Source: an uncultured delta proteobacterium (GTDB lineage Bacteria; Desulfobacterota; Desulfobacteria; Desulfobacterales; UBA2156). From it: a stretch of DNA of 64,000 nt. Below are positions 50,850-61,213 of the stretch, in pieces; within the stretch, counting starts at the first letter, position 1, and each line of letters opens with the position of its first letter. The notes below the pieces were generated by a model. It was not told where the DNA came from. It worked only from the letters and a program-made list of their open reading frames with translations, and ran no database searches. A program made the position numbers and the translations under genes. The DNA lies in contig CAVTQK010000015.1 in assembly GCA_963736855.1 (NCBI GenBank), positions 448,001-512,000 on the forward strand. Direction: 5' to 3'.

Positions 50850-51539
50850 TTGAAACGGTTCGTCATATTCATTCTGGCCGCCGCTTTTCTTCTCGCCCTG
50901 GTCTATATATACCGGGAATACGTGTTGGATCAACTGATGGTCCTGTATCGGATTTTGGCGGACCGGGAAGAGATCAAACGCGTTGTAATCGGTTTCGGTC
51001 CCATGGGGCCTGCCGTATTTATCCTGATTCAGATTCTGCAAGTCCTCCTCGCGCCGGTCCCGGGAGAGGCGACCGGGTTCATCGGGGGATTTCTTTTCGG
51101 GTCGCTGAAAGGGTTTATTTATTCCAGCATCGGCTTGACACTGGGGTCATGCCTGAACTTTGGCGTCGGACGGCTATTGGGAAAGCGATACGTCCGAAAG
51201 GTGATTCCAGAAAGGAAGTTGAATTGGTTCGATGCCTTCGTCAGACACCAGGGCGCCATCGTCGTGTTCATCTGCTTTTTGATTCCCGGTTTTCCCAAGG
51301 ATCTGCTCAGCCTCTTTCTCGGGGTCACGTCCATTCCTTTTAAGATATTTATTGCCATGGCGGGCATCGGACGCATTCCCGGCACCCTGATGTTAAGCAT
51401 TCAGGGGGCGTTTTTGTTCGAAAAGCAATATGGCCTCCTCCTGGGAATGCTGTGCGTCAGCGCCCTTTTGGTGATTGCCGCCTACCGTTATCGGGAAAGA
51501 CTTTATCGCTGGATCGAAAGACTCAACAACGACTCCTGA
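50850..51539 (+). CDS. TVP38/TMEM64 (DedA/VTT) membrane protein
   Basis: QVLLAPVPGE, FLIPGFPKD, GRIPG. Confidence 0.88.
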   Translation: MKRFVIFILAAAFLLALVYIYREYVLDQLMVLYRILADREEIKRVVIGFGPMGPAVFILIQILQVLLAPVPGEATGFIGGFLFGSLKGFIYSSIGLTLGSCLNFGVGRLLGKRYVRKVIPERKLNWFDAFVRHQGAIVVFICFLIPGFPKDLLSLFLGVTSIPFKIFIAMAGIGRIPGTLMLSIQGAFLFEKQYGLLLGMLCVSALLVIAAYRYRERLYRWIERLNNDS

Positions 51540-51637
51540 AGATTCATTATTGACGAATAGGTAAAGTGAGGGTATTTGATATAAGGGTTGGACAGACGCA
51601 ACTGGTATTTTGACTAAAGACATCCGGGGAGGGCACC

Positions 51638-52741
51638 TTGACGCACTGGCTCTATCGGGAAGAACTCAGCAAGGCCGATCGTTTAAGACGTTCTTATTAC
51701 GAACTTCTCAGGGACGACCTCGATGCATACATACTCCAATTTGCACTCATCGACTCCTACCAAAATTTTTCCGTAAGACAGATTCCTTATCCCTTTGTTG
51801 AAAAACGTGAACTCAAGCCAAGGGGGCGGATTCCGGATGTGGAATGGGACTGCCAGAACGCGTTTTTGGTGATATTTCTGGAAAATGGTATTCCGGTCGC
51901 GCATAAAAAGTACATCCGGTTTTTTGAAGAAAACAAGACCACTAAAACCAACCTGCTGCGATCTGAAGCCCTCATCCTTTCCGATCAGTTCGATCGAACC
52001 CAGAAGTATCTGGAGTCAGCCCGCTTCATCGAATTTTTTAAAGATCTCCTTTCCGTGGACTATGCTCTGTTGATCCAAAGAAATTCTTACCGGAAAGCCC
52101 ACAATCAGTACATCCTCTCCCATTTCCATGTCAGGATCGATTGGCCCATCGTCGAAGCCGCCGAGGATCTGGCCCGGGTGTTGCGTTATATCTCCAAGGA
52201 TATTTACGAAAAGGGAGATAAATACGCCGAGGACATTCAGAAAAAATTTTTTGAATATTATGCTCTCCCGGCCATGGTGGGAGGAAGAAGGACGGCCGCC
52301 ATTGTGGCAGCCCAATATCTTAGGAAGATCCCCTGCATCAAGACGATTTATGTGGGAAGTTGCGAATCCCGGGCGTTGTATCGAATTTCCGAAAGGGGGG
52401 TTTCAAAGGCCGTTCTGATTAAAATTTCCGATAAGGAGGTGGAGCAGATCTGTCAGGAAAATAGGATTCCTATTCGAAGATTTCGACAAAACTATGCTCT
52501 GGCATCGGAAAAAGATGGCGATGTCTGCATTTTTCAGACCGCTTATGTCCATACCAGCCATGCTCGCCCCCCCGATGATGGGAAGCTACGCGAGATCAAA
52601 CCGGATTTGAACTGGATCCGGGTGGATACCCAGCACTTGCTTCCTAAGCCGCGCGATTGGAAACACCCGCCGATTCCCCTCAATGTGATCTACTCGAAGA
52701 TCATGGGGCCCAGCGAAGACGATGGGATTTTTTCAGTTTAA
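51638..52741 (+). CDS. Hypothetical protein
   Basis: 367-aa ORF, TTG start with RBS GGAGG; no family recognised. Confidence 0.7.
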   Translation: MTHWLYREELSKADRLRRSYYELLRDDLDAYILQFALIDSYQNFSVRQIPYPFVEKRELKPRGRIPDVEWDCQNAFLVIFLENGIPVAHKKYIRFFEENKTTKTNLLRSEALILSDQFDRTQKYLESARFIEFFKDLLSVDYALLIQRNSYRKAHNQYILSHFHVRIDWPIVEAAEDLARVLRYISKDIYEKGDKYAEDIQKKFFEYYALPAMVGGRRTAAIVAAQYLRKIPCIKTIYVGSCESRALYRISERGVSKAVLIKISDKEVEQICQENRIPIRRFRQNYALASEKDGDVCIFQTAYVHTSHARPPDDGKLREIKPDLNWIRVDTQHLLPKPRDWKHPPIPLNVIYSKIMGPSEDDGIFSV

Positions 52742-52752
52742 AGGATAGAGGA

Positions 52753-53244
52753 TCACTGCCCGATCCGATAGATCATGGCGATCTCGTCGCAGTCTGGAAA
52801 TTTTACGCACATGATGCAATCGGCCCATATCTTGTAAGGAAGCTCGGAGCGGTCGATTTGAATGAAACCCAGGCGTGAAAAAAAACCTGGTCGGTAGGTG
52901 AGGGCGAATATTTTCCGGATGTTGAAGGATTTCGCATCTTCGATGGCGGTCAGCGCCAACCGGGTCCCGGTACCCTGTTTCATGAATTCCGGATAAACAG
53001 CAAGGGATCGAATCTCCGCCAGGTCTTCCCAGCAAAATTGGAGGGCGCAACATCCGACAACCCGCCCGGTTTTGCTTTCCTCGGCAACAAAAAAATCGCG
53101 AATATGGTCATAGAGATTGCTCAGGGGCCTGGGGAGGAGCTCTCCCTTTTGGCTGTAATCCTGCAGGAGACGATGAATGGCCGGAATATCGGCGAGTGTT
53201 GCTTTTCGAATCAACGGCTGTGAATGACAGGCGTTGGTTTCCAT
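52753..53244 (-). CDS. GNAT N-acetyltransferase (short ArgA-like)
   Basis: LLPR, DLAEIRSLAV, FALTY, LPYKIWADC. Confidence 0.85.
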   Translation of the reverse strand: METNACHSQPLIRKATLADIPAIHRLLQDYSQKGELLPRPLSNLYDHIRDFFVAEESKTGRVVGCCALQFCWEDLAEIRSLAVYPEFMKQGTGTRLALTAIEDAKSFNIRKIFALTYRPGFFSRLGFIQIDRSELPYKIWADCIMCVKFPDCDEIAMIYRIGQ

Positions 53245-53321
53245 CGTCTTTAACTAAGTCCTTTCTGATGAATTGAGAACTCACTTATATCACGTTGATG
53301 TATCAAAGCAAGGCTTCTCCA

Positions 53322-55289
53322 TTAATCCGGGGGGATCTCAATCGTATTTGGGAAAAGCGCTTTTACGGATCCCTCGAAAGGTTCCTTAGCAAGACGCCCG
53401 GTGTTCGAATCCAAAAATAAATAGACCCCGTCGTCGGGAACATCGAAATAAGAGTAGGGAGAATCGGCAAGAGCCGCTTTCATGAAATCGATCCAAATGG
53501 GGAGAGCGGCTTTTGAGCCGGTCTCCCCATTTCCCAGGCTTTTATGGATGTCTTGCCCTACCCAGACGCCTGAGACGAGGGAGGGGGAGTATCCGATGAA
53601 CAGGGCGTCCTTGAACTCATTGGTAGTACCGGTCTTTCCGGCCAGGGGGCGACCGAGTTGGAGGGCCTGTTTTCCGGTTCCCTCTTCGATGACGGCTCGA
53701 AGCATATCGGTTAGGATGGCGGCACCCGTTCGGGTCATGACAATCCGTTTTTCCGGAATCGTTTCCCATATGATGAGACCCTCGGCGTTGCGAACTTCCG
53801 TCACACATTCCGGCTTGATCCATTCTCCTTTATTGGCGAAGACCGCGTAGCCGGCCGTAAGTTCCAGGAGCGTGACATCGGAAGTTCCGAGGGCAAGGGA
53901 AAGATCCAGGGAAAGGGGCGAATCAATCCCTGCCTTTATTGCAAAGCGAACCACGGATGCCGGTCCTACCTTTTCAATGAGACGGACCGTTGGAATGTTT
54001 TCCGAGATCGCCAACGCCTTCCTCATCGTGATTTCACCCAGATACTCGCCTGAAAAGTTGTCTGGTCTCCACTCCTCTCCGAAACGCCCTCCACGAAAGA
54101 CCGCCGGTGTGTCGAGAAGCATCTGGTTTTGGGAAAAGCCGTTTTCAATGGCGCTCGCGTACACGAAGGGCTTGAACGCGGATCCCGGTTGTCTTTTTGC
54201 CGATGTCGCCCGATTATAAGGACTTTTGACAAAATCTTTTCCACCTACCATGGCCAGGATGCCCCCCGACAAAACATCCAGAGCGATCAGGGCTCCCTGG
54301 GGGTCCGGGGCCTTGATCCTAGCCTGGACCATGCGCTTTTTGACCGCGGAAAGTCCTGTTTCAACGGCTGCTTCAGCCTCCTTTTGGAGTTTCGATGAAA
54401 GAGTGGTTTTCACGGTCAGACCTCCCTTATAAAGAAGGGACGCACCGATTTCTCGTTCGAGAAATTTCTTTGTATAATCAATAAAATAAGAGGCGTGCGG
54501 TGTATCCTGAGCGGTTTCTTCCGGAATGATCGGTTCTTTGGCTGCCTGCTGAAAGCCCTTTTGGGTAATGATGCCCAGCTCCAACATCTGCTTGAGAACT
54601 ACGTTGCGTCTTTTTTCCGCTGCTTCACGATTGACAAGGGGCGAAAATCGTGACGGGGCTTTAGGTAGGCCTGCGATCAGAGCGCATTGGGCAAGGTCGA
54701 GGGACTCAGTCGGTTTACCAAAGTAAATCCGGGCGGCGGATTCCACACCGTAAGCTCCGCTTCCGAGGTAAATCTGGTTCAAATAAAGTCCCAGGATTTC
54801 ATCTTTGGCAAACCGGCGTTCGATCTGGATGGCAAGAATCGCTTCCTTGATTTTCCTGGAGAGGCTTTTTTCCGGGGTGAGAAAAAGGGTTTTTGCCAGC
54901 TGCTGCGTAATGGTACTGGCACCTTCTGCAAATTCACCGGCAAAGATGTTCTTGATGATCGCCCTGGCAATACCTTTCAGGTCTACGCCGATATGGTTAT
55001 AAAAGTTTCTGTCCTCTGTGGCCAGTACAGCCGATTTCAGCAGGGTCGGGATACGGTCCAGGGGGACCGGATTTCTCTTTTCATCAAACAACTCAGCTAG
55101 TAAGATGTCGTCCGAGGAATAGATTCGTGTGACGGCAGAGGGCTTATATTCCTGAAGGGAGCGAATTTGGGGCAGATCCGACGTTAGCGCGAAAAATGCA
55201 CCGGAAGAAGCGCCGAAAAGGCATGCAGCCAGGATAAAACACACAACCGGTATCATCCTGGCAGGTTTCTTATTTTTGAATTCCCTCAT
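53322..55289 (-). CDS. Class A penicillin-binding protein (PBP1A family)
   Basis: EDRNF, GASTITQQLAK, RKIKE, SAFK, SEN, KTGT. Confidence 0.93.
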   Translation of the reverse strand: MREFKNKKPARMIPVVCFILAACLFGASSGAFFALTSDLPQIRSLQEYKPSAVTRIYSSDDILLAELFDEKRNPVPLDRIPTLLKSAVLATEDRNFYNHIGVDLKGIARAIIKNIFAGEFAEGASTITQQLAKTLFLTPEKSLSRKIKEAILAIQIERRFAKDEILGLYLNQIYLGSGAYGVESAARIYFGKPTESLDLAQCALIAGLPKAPSRFSPLVNREAAEKRRNVVLKQMLELGIITQKGFQQAAKEPIIPEETAQDTPHASYFIDYTKKFLEREIGASLLYKGGLTVKTTLSSKLQKEAEAAVETGLSAVKKRMVQARIKAPDPQGALIALDVLSGGILAMVGGKDFVKSPYNRATSAKRQPGSAFKPFVYASAIENGFSQNQMLLDTPAVFRGGRFGEEWRPDNFSGEYLGEITMRKALAISENIPTVRLIEKVGPASVVRFAIKAGIDSPLSLDLSLALGTSDVTLLELTAGYAVFANKGEWIKPECVTEVRNAEGLIIWETIPEKRIVMTRTGAAILTDMLRAVIEEGTGKQALQLGRPLAGKTGTTNEFKDALFIGYSPSLVSGVWVGQDIHKSLGNGETGSKAALPIWIDFMKAALADSPYSYFDVPDDGVYLFLDSNTGRLAKEPFEGSVKALFPNTIEIPPD

Positions 55290-55352
55290 CGCACTTGACC
55301 AAAAAAACATTGTTGTTATAAAAATACTTTTAATCAAAAAAGGAGGTTTGTC

Positions 55353-55607
55353 ATGAATCATGATCATAACCAAGAGCATCATACGTCAAATGCCCAGACA
55401 TTTGAAGAGAAATTGATCCGCCTTCTCGAGCACTGGATCAGGCACAATGAAGATCATGTCAGAACTTACCGGGAGTGGGCCGATCAGGCCAGAAACCATC
55501 ATCTAAAGGAAGCGGCAAGCCGGATCGAGGAAGTGGCGGTCATGACCGAAGCCGTCACCAAAAAATTGGAACAAGCCCTATCTTCAGCCAAGCGTTTTAA
55601 CGAATAA
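55353..55607 (+). CDS. Small His-rich helical protein
   Basis: RBS AGGAGG; HDHNQEHH, LLEHWIRHNEDH. Confidence 0.75.
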   Translation: MNHDHNQEHHTSNAQTFEEKLIRLLEHWIRHNEDHVRTYREWADQARNHHLKEAASRIEEVAVMTEAVTKKLEQALSSAKRFNE

Positions 55608-55980
55608 AATGCAGGATATTTCCTGGTTTTGACACCGGATTTAAAACCTGCTATAAGAAAACCATTGGGGGCTGAAGATAGATATTTAGACTGGAAAGAA
55701 TACTTAAGGTCGGTGCGGCAACTGCTACACTTCATGGAACGGTTGAGCGTTTCCAATCGGGTTCTGAGATTTTTCCTGCAATTCGAAGCCTCTCATTATT
55801 TATGGCCGCATCTTGTATGGCCCTTGCAGCCGGCTTCCGTTGCTTTTTGGTTTCAAAGCAAGATCAGTCTCACATCTAGAGATTCATTTCAGGTACCTGC
55901 GACAGGTGACTCCAGGAAAGACGATGATCACCTATCGTGGGTTTCCGAAGCATGCAACTCGTCAGGCAAGGAGGGGAAAA

Positions 55981-56532
55981 ATGCGAAATCTTCGGCTCAA
56001 TTACGATACTCTGGTTAAGGTTTCACGATTTTTATTAAAATCCAAAGATCCGGAAAAGATCATCAAAATGATGGTGGAAAGCATCCAATCCACACTGAAG
56101 AGCAAAGGATGCGCCCTTTTTTTGATCAATCTCCAAACCAAACAATTAGAGATCGCGTCTTCGGTAGGGTTGAGCGCGAACTACCTAAAAAAGGGACCGG
56201 TAAGTACGTTGCGCTCCATAGCCGATTCTTTAAAGGAAGGACCGGTTGCAATCTACGATGTAAGTGACGATCCCCGTATCCAATACCCCGAAGAAGCGGT
56301 TAAAGAGGGCATCGCTTCCATCCTCTCGGTGCCAATCATGATGGGTGATCAGGTCATCGGTGCTGTTCGGGTTTATATGGCGGAGAAATGCGAATGGACG
56401 CTGGATGATGTCAACTTCGTACAAGCCCTCGCCCAGATTGCAGGGATTCTTATCGAGATGACGCGGTTGTATCAGGGACAGAAAGAATATATCGAGGTAT
56501 TATCCACCCTTATAGAATCTCCTGACCTGTAA
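55981..56532 (+). CDS. Stand-alone GAF domain protein
   Basis: RBS AAGGAGG; GLSANYLKKGP, DDPRIQYPEEA, EGIASILSVP. Confidence 0.85.
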   Translation: MRNLRLNYDTLVKVSRFLLKSKDPEKIIKMMVESIQSTLKSKGCALFLINLQTKQLEIASSVGLSANYLKKGPVSTLRSIADSLKEGPVAIYDVSDDPRIQYPEEAVKEGIASILSVPIMMGDQVIGAVRVYMAEKCEWTLDDVNFVQALAQIAGILIEMTRLYQGQKEYIEVLSTLIESPDL

Positions 56533-56762
56533 TCTCTTTTTCAATCTATTTATACCGGCTCTTTATGCGTTTGGCCATGGAGAGAGGGATTGAAGGAAGG
56601 GATGTCGTTTCCACCCGCCATGGAAGGGCCGGAGCCTAGTAAGGCCGAACGGCCCTTCCGTATTCGCACGAGAGGGTTTCATCCCTGCTCTTGGCATCAG
56701 TATAGAAGCGGAATCAGGGCATATGCCGTTTCGTCCGCTTCCGGCAGTTTTATTTTGCGGGG

Positions 56763-57077
56763 TTAGTAACGCCGACCGCCGCTTCGTCCGCCGCCGGACC
56801 TGGGGCCTTTTCCAAAGCCCTGCCCGCCACCCTCGGGCTTCGGTCGGGCTTCATTCACGTTAAGGGTCCTGCCCTTCATTTCTTTTCCGTTCATTCCACT
56901 GATGGCAGCCTGACCTTCTTCCGCGGAAGGCATCTCGACGAAGCCGAATCCCTTGGATTGCCCGCTGAAGCGGTCCTTGATGATTTTCACCGACTCGATT
57001 TGTCCGAAAGATTCGAAAGCCGATCGCAGATCCTCTTCGCTGACTTCATAAGATAGGTTGCCCACATAGATGTTCAT
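56763..57077 (-). CDS. RRM (RNP-1) RNA-binding protein
   Basis: IYVGNL, KGFGFVEM, Gly-rich tail. Confidence 0.95.
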   Translation of the reverse strand: MNIYVGNLSYEVSEEDLRSAFESFGQIESVKIIKDRFSGQSKGFGFVEMPSAEEGQAAISGMNGKEMKGRTLNVNEARPKPEGGGQGFGKGPRSGGGRSGGRRY

Positions 57078-57370
57078 TCCAGTCTCCTTTTTTTGGTTAT
57101 ATTTCTCTGCCTCTTATCCATGGAAGCAGACGTTCAATGCGCTTTTTCTCCGATTTGCAAGGGGTGTGCAGATTCTCAGGGGATCATTTCAAGGGAAGGT
57201 CTAATTGGGCGGCAATCTTAGACTTGTCCTAATATAGAAGATCCGGTAATGCGCACCTGTCATCAGAGCATGTTTCATCGTCTATTCCACTATCGCAATT
57301 TTTGAGGGTTGTCAACGTGTCGTTTATGCGGTGCTGTTTGACTGAGGTTCGAGGGTGCCGGACGCCAAAC

Positions 57371-58615
57371 CTATGGGATCAACATGCCCACTACCGCCCC
57401 GGTCATGCAGGTAGCCAGGGTGCCCGCTATGATGGACCGGATACCCAGAGAGACAATTTCATCTCTTCGCGAAGGCGCCATGGTTCCCATTCCACCGATC
57501 ATGATTCCCAGGCTCCCCGGATTGGCGAAGCCGCACATGGCATAGGTCATTATGATCCGGCTTCGCGGAGATAGGGCGTTTTCCGGAAGACTTCCCAGAT
57601 TCAGATAAGCTAAAAATTCATTCAAAACGGTTTTAACACCCATGAGTTTCCCGGCATCCCAAGCTTCTGCCCATGGTATTCCCATAATCCATACCACCGG
57701 TGCCATGATATATCCCATCAGTCGTTCCAGGGTGATGGGTTGGCCGCCGACATTCGGAAAAAGGGCCAGAAGCAGATTGGCCAGATGGACCAGGGCTACC
57801 AGGACGATGAGCATGGCGACGATGTTGATGAGTAGTTCCACTCCCTGGATCGTCCCTTTAGTGATGGCATCCATGGCGCTGGAAGCTTCTTCCGGTGCCT
57901 GGATGGAGCCCATGGTAAGGAATTCGGTTTCCGGGATCATGATTTTGGCCACGGTGATGGATGCCGGTGCGCTGATGATGGAGGCGGTTAAGATGTGGCC
58001 CATGGAGTCTGGGATGACGGGGGTAAGGATGCTCGAATAAAGGACCATGACCGTTCCGGCTATGGTGGCCATCCCGCAGGTCATCAGGCTGAACATCTCG
58101 CTGCGGGTCATGTCTTTGAGATAGGGACGTATGAACAGCGGAGATTCCACCATTCCGACGAAGATGTTGGCGGAAACCCCCAACCCCTCCGCACCTCCGA
58201 TGCCCATGGTTTTTTGAAGGGCCCATGAAAAGGCCCGCACAACAGCCGGCAGGATCTTCCAGTAAAACAGAAGGGCAGACAGGGCACTTGTCAATAAAAC
58301 CAGAGGCAAGGCCCGAAACGCGAAGATAAATGTGGCGTCGGGAAATTCGGCTTCAAAAGGAAGCCGACCGCCCCCCAAGTAGCCGAAGACAAAGGAGGTG
58401 CCGGCGGCAGTCGACTTTTCAAGGGACAGGACGAGCTGATTTAAAGCGAGAAAAACTTGCCGGAAAATGGGAAGTTTTAATAAAAGGGCACAGACGACGA
58501 TCTGAAGGCCGATACCCGTGAGGACGATGCGGACGGAAACTCTCTTCCGGTTTTCGCTGAAAATCCAGGCAACGGCCGCAAAGGCCACCAGACCTAAGAC
58601 CCCTCGAAGGATCAT
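57371..58615 (-). CDS. CNT/NupC nucleoside transporter
   Basis: ANIFVGMVESP, GMATIAG, NEFLAY, CGFAN. Confidence 0.92.
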   Translation of the reverse strand: MILRGVLGLVAFAAVAWIFSENRKRVSVRIVLTGIGLQIVVCALLLKLPIFRQVFLALNQLVLSLEKSTAAGTSFVFGYLGGGRLPFEAEFPDATFIFAFRALPLVLLTSALSALLFYWKILPAVVRAFSWALQKTMGIGGAEGLGVSANIFVGMVESPLFIRPYLKDMTRSEMFSLMTCGMATIAGTVMVLYSSILTPVIPDSMGHILTASIISAPASITVAKIMIPETEFLTMGSIQAPEEASSAMDAITKGTIQGVELLINIVAMLIVLVALVHLANLLLALFPNVGGQPITLERLMGYIMAPVVWIMGIPWAEAWDAGKLMGVKTVLNEFLAYLNLGSLPENALSPRSRIIMTYAMCGFANPGSLGIMIGGMGTMAPSRRDEIVSLGIRSIIAGTLATCMTGAVVGMLIP

Positions 58616-58682
58616 AACCCTTCTCTCTCCTTGGATGTAATTTCGTTTTTTGTCCTATCAAACGGCTTTTGTCACGTCAATT

Positions 58683-58839
58683 TTGATGGCATCGTAGAAA
58701 CTCAAAATTAGGATGGCAAAGTAAAAAGTTTCAGATGCAAGGCGCGCAAATCCTGAGGAATAAGGCGTACATAAGGGTACGCCGCAATGACGAAGGATGC
58801 AGTGCAACGCAGCAGATGGACTTTTTACGAAGCCATCAA
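58683..58839 (-). mobile_element. 157-bp MITE-like palindromic repeat, copy 2 (inverted)
   Basis: Reverse complement differs from 39928-40084 at 6 positions by my count. Confidence 0.8.
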
Positions 58840-58938
58840 TTTTGCTCGAATCGGGGGCTTCCATATGCAAGGCATTCAGGCTTAAGCCATAGTGCACCAT
58901 TGTGAGTCTTTTGTACATCACCTGTTTCTCATCCACTT

Positions 58939-59916
58939 TCAGGCAAGATTCAGCCTTCCAATCACTAAAAGCGCGGCAAGGGTGGTCATGAAAAGCGCCC
59001 ACAAAAGAGCTGACAGGAGCATGAGGTCACAGGCTTGTTTTATATGGCAGGGCAACACCGGCCCAACACCGGAGCCGATTTCGGGTTTATGAAAAAGGAC
59101 TCCCTGGTAATAGCTGGGCCCGCCTAACGTAAGGCCCAAAGCGCCCGCAAAAGCGGCTTCGGGGTATCCCGAGTTGGGACTGGTATGACTGTGCCCCTCT
59201 CGAAATGCGGTTTTCAGGGCCGTCATCCCTTTTTTGGCGAGAATTTGAGCCGCAAACGCAATAAAGGGAACGGAAAGTCGGGATGGAATGAAATTGGCGA
59301 CATCGTCGATTCGGGCCGAGGCCTTGCCGAACAATAAATAAGTTTGGTTTTTATAGCCGATCATAGAGTCGAGGGTGTTCACCATTTTAAAGGCCATGGC
59401 CAACGGCGCCCCGCCGATGGCAGCATAAAAGAGAGGGGAGACGAAACCGTCCACCAGGTTCTCGGCAACCGACTCAATGGCGGCCTTTGAGATCTTTTCG
59501 CTGTCGAGGGTTTCCGTATCCCTGCCCACGATCAGGGCCGCTTTTTTCCGGGCTTCCCTCAACCTATTGTTTTGAAGTGGTTTGAAGACCTCCATGGCGG
59601 AATCAGCCAGAGAACGGGCGGAAAGAGAATAATATATCAACACCGTCTCCAGTATATCCGCAAAGATTGGATTAAAAAAGTCAGAAACAGCAAGGAGCGC
59701 CCAGCAAAAACCCCATGTCCCCGCGATCAGGACTCCGGAGAAAAGGATGCCGGATGACACGAAGTTCAACGGCAGGCTTCGGAATGGTCTCTCGAGGGCG
59801 GATATACCTTTCCCCATCCATCGTATCGGGTGGGGAAAAAACCGGGGATCCCCAAGAATAAGATCCAGAATAAACGCAATTGCAAGTATTTCCCAGGATT
59901 CCATCTGTATTTTCAT
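58939..59916 (-). CDS. cbiB: Adenosylcobinamide-phosphate synthase CbiB/CobD
   Basis: LGDP...HPI, VGRDT, ESVAENLVDG, NTLDSMIGY, SPNSGYPE. Confidence 0.93.
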   Translation of the reverse strand: MKIQMESWEILAIAFILDLILGDPRFFPHPIRWMGKGISALERPFRSLPLNFVSSGILFSGVLIAGTWGFCWALLAVSDFFNPIFADILETVLIYYSLSARSLADSAMEVFKPLQNNRLREARKKAALIVGRDTETLDSEKISKAAIESVAENLVDGFVSPLFYAAIGGAPLAMAFKMVNTLDSMIGYKNQTYLLFGKASARIDDVANFIPSRLSVPFIAFAAQILAKKGMTALKTAFREGHSHTSPNSGYPEAAFAGALGLTLGGPSYYQGVLFHKPEIGSGVGPVLPCHIKQACDLMLLSALLWALFMTTLAALLVIGRLNLA

Positions 59917-60232
59917 TTTCCAAAAGCATGAGAGGCAATGCAAAAATCAATGATATGTCCCTTGTCATCCGGAACAATTTCTTTTAAGTGGATTGCCTAT
60001 CAAATCACCCATAGAGGATCAAGCTTTGAAAAGGAATAGAAGAAATGGAAATGAGACCCGAAAAGAAAGACAACAGTGTTTGATCATGTCTTTCAGCTAT
60101 CGACATCCTCACCCGCCGGCTTGTCCGGAGCGTTATCTTTGTTTCATAAAGCCCGAAGAACAACAATCGGTCTGGAATTTTCCGGCAGGCAGTCCCGTCT
60201 CAGGGTGATTGGGACCGTCCTCGTGAAGGTGT

Positions 60233-61171
60233 TTAATTTCCGGAAGACTCCCCCGTCTTAAGGGTGTCTCGGTATTTCTGGGCTATCTGACACCCTTTTT
60301 GGTATCCCAACTGACAGGCTTTTTCGGCGTCTTTCAAGGCCATCTCCAGGTCTCCTGTTTTTTCGTGTAGGAAGCTACGGTTGAAGAAGGCCCATGCATT
60401 GTCGGGCTTGAGTTCTATGGATCGATTCAGATAGGAAAGGGCTTGGGGGTATTCCCCTCGCTTTATGTGCAGCCAGCCGATATTGTCTAAAGCTTCCCAA
60501 TAGTCATGTCGAAGGATCAGCGCATGTTTAAATGCATCCATAGCCGGTGTATCCTGATCCTTTCTTACTAACGTGCGACCTTTCCAGTAATATGCTTCAG
60601 AATTTTTCGGATCGATGTCAATGGCCTGATTAAAGGCTTCCAGGGCCGGATCGAGGCGCTCTTTCTGGTATAATTCATACCCCTTTCGAATGAGACTTCG
60701 GGCGGAAACGGTTTCTTGTCTGATGGACGGCAAAGGCTTTTTCCCGGCAAACTCACCAACGATTCGTGGAAGAGAAAAGTTGTTTTTGAATTCGGCAAGG
60801 GATTGGATCCATTCTTTGAAGGTTTGCATATCCAAGGTCTTAAAGGCATAGCACCCGGCACCGATTACCATCGAGAGGATCAGGACCAGGAAGACGGCGG
60901 CTGTAAAGTCTATTCCCTTTTTTGCCCCTTTGGACATGGAAAGAACCGTCGGAAATTCCTCTCTGAGTTTTCTTTGCGGCAGAGATGGCGGGGTTTTCGT
61001 ACTCTTAAAAGAGGAAGGGTCTTCTTGCACCCTGCCGTTTTTCATGTCGATAAGAATCCTTACCCCGCATGCCTTGCACCGGGTGCGCACGCCATTCGGA
61101 GTTCCGGCCTTAAGAAGCCTTTCATCCGGGACGTTATAAGGGGTACGGCACGACGGACAGCGAAACCGCAT
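60233..61171 (-). CDS. Zinc-ribbon (MJ0042-like), TM and TPR protein
   Basis: CPSC...CKAC, one TM, TPR repeats. Confidence 0.8.
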   Translation of the reverse strand: MRFRCPSCRTPYNVPDERLLKAGTPNGVRTRCKACGVRILIDMKNGRVQEDPSSFKSTKTPPSLPQRKLREEFPTVLSMSKGAKKGIDFTAAVFLVLILSMVIGAGCYAFKTLDMQTFKEWIQSLAEFKNNFSLPRIVGEFAGKKPLPSIRQETVSARSLIRKGYELYQKERLDPALEAFNQAIDIDPKNSEAYYWKGRTLVRKDQDTPAMDAFKHALILRHDYWEALDNIGWLHIKRGEYPQALSYLNRSIELKPDNAWAFFNRSFLHEKTGDLEMALKDAEKACQLGYQKGCQIAQKYRDTLKTGESSGN

Positions 61172-61213
61172 AGCCGCTTCAATCCTTGATGAAATAAGCG
61201 TTCATTAGAGGTT

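Noticed and set aside
55608..55980. Riboswitch or ORF 55629-56018 upstream of the GAF gene
   Set aside because: No recognisable motif; the ORF has no RBS or protein-like features.
56570..56760. tRNA or sRNA between the GAF and RRM genes
   Set aside because: Only generic hairpins; no cloverleaf or T-loop consensus.
58658..59002. 114-aa ORF (DGFVKSPSAALHCILRHCG)
   Set aside because: It is a translation of the palindromic repeat, not a gene.
59917..60232. Cobalamin riboswitch upstream of cbiB
   Set aside because: No B12-box or other conserved cobalamin riboswitch elements are visible.
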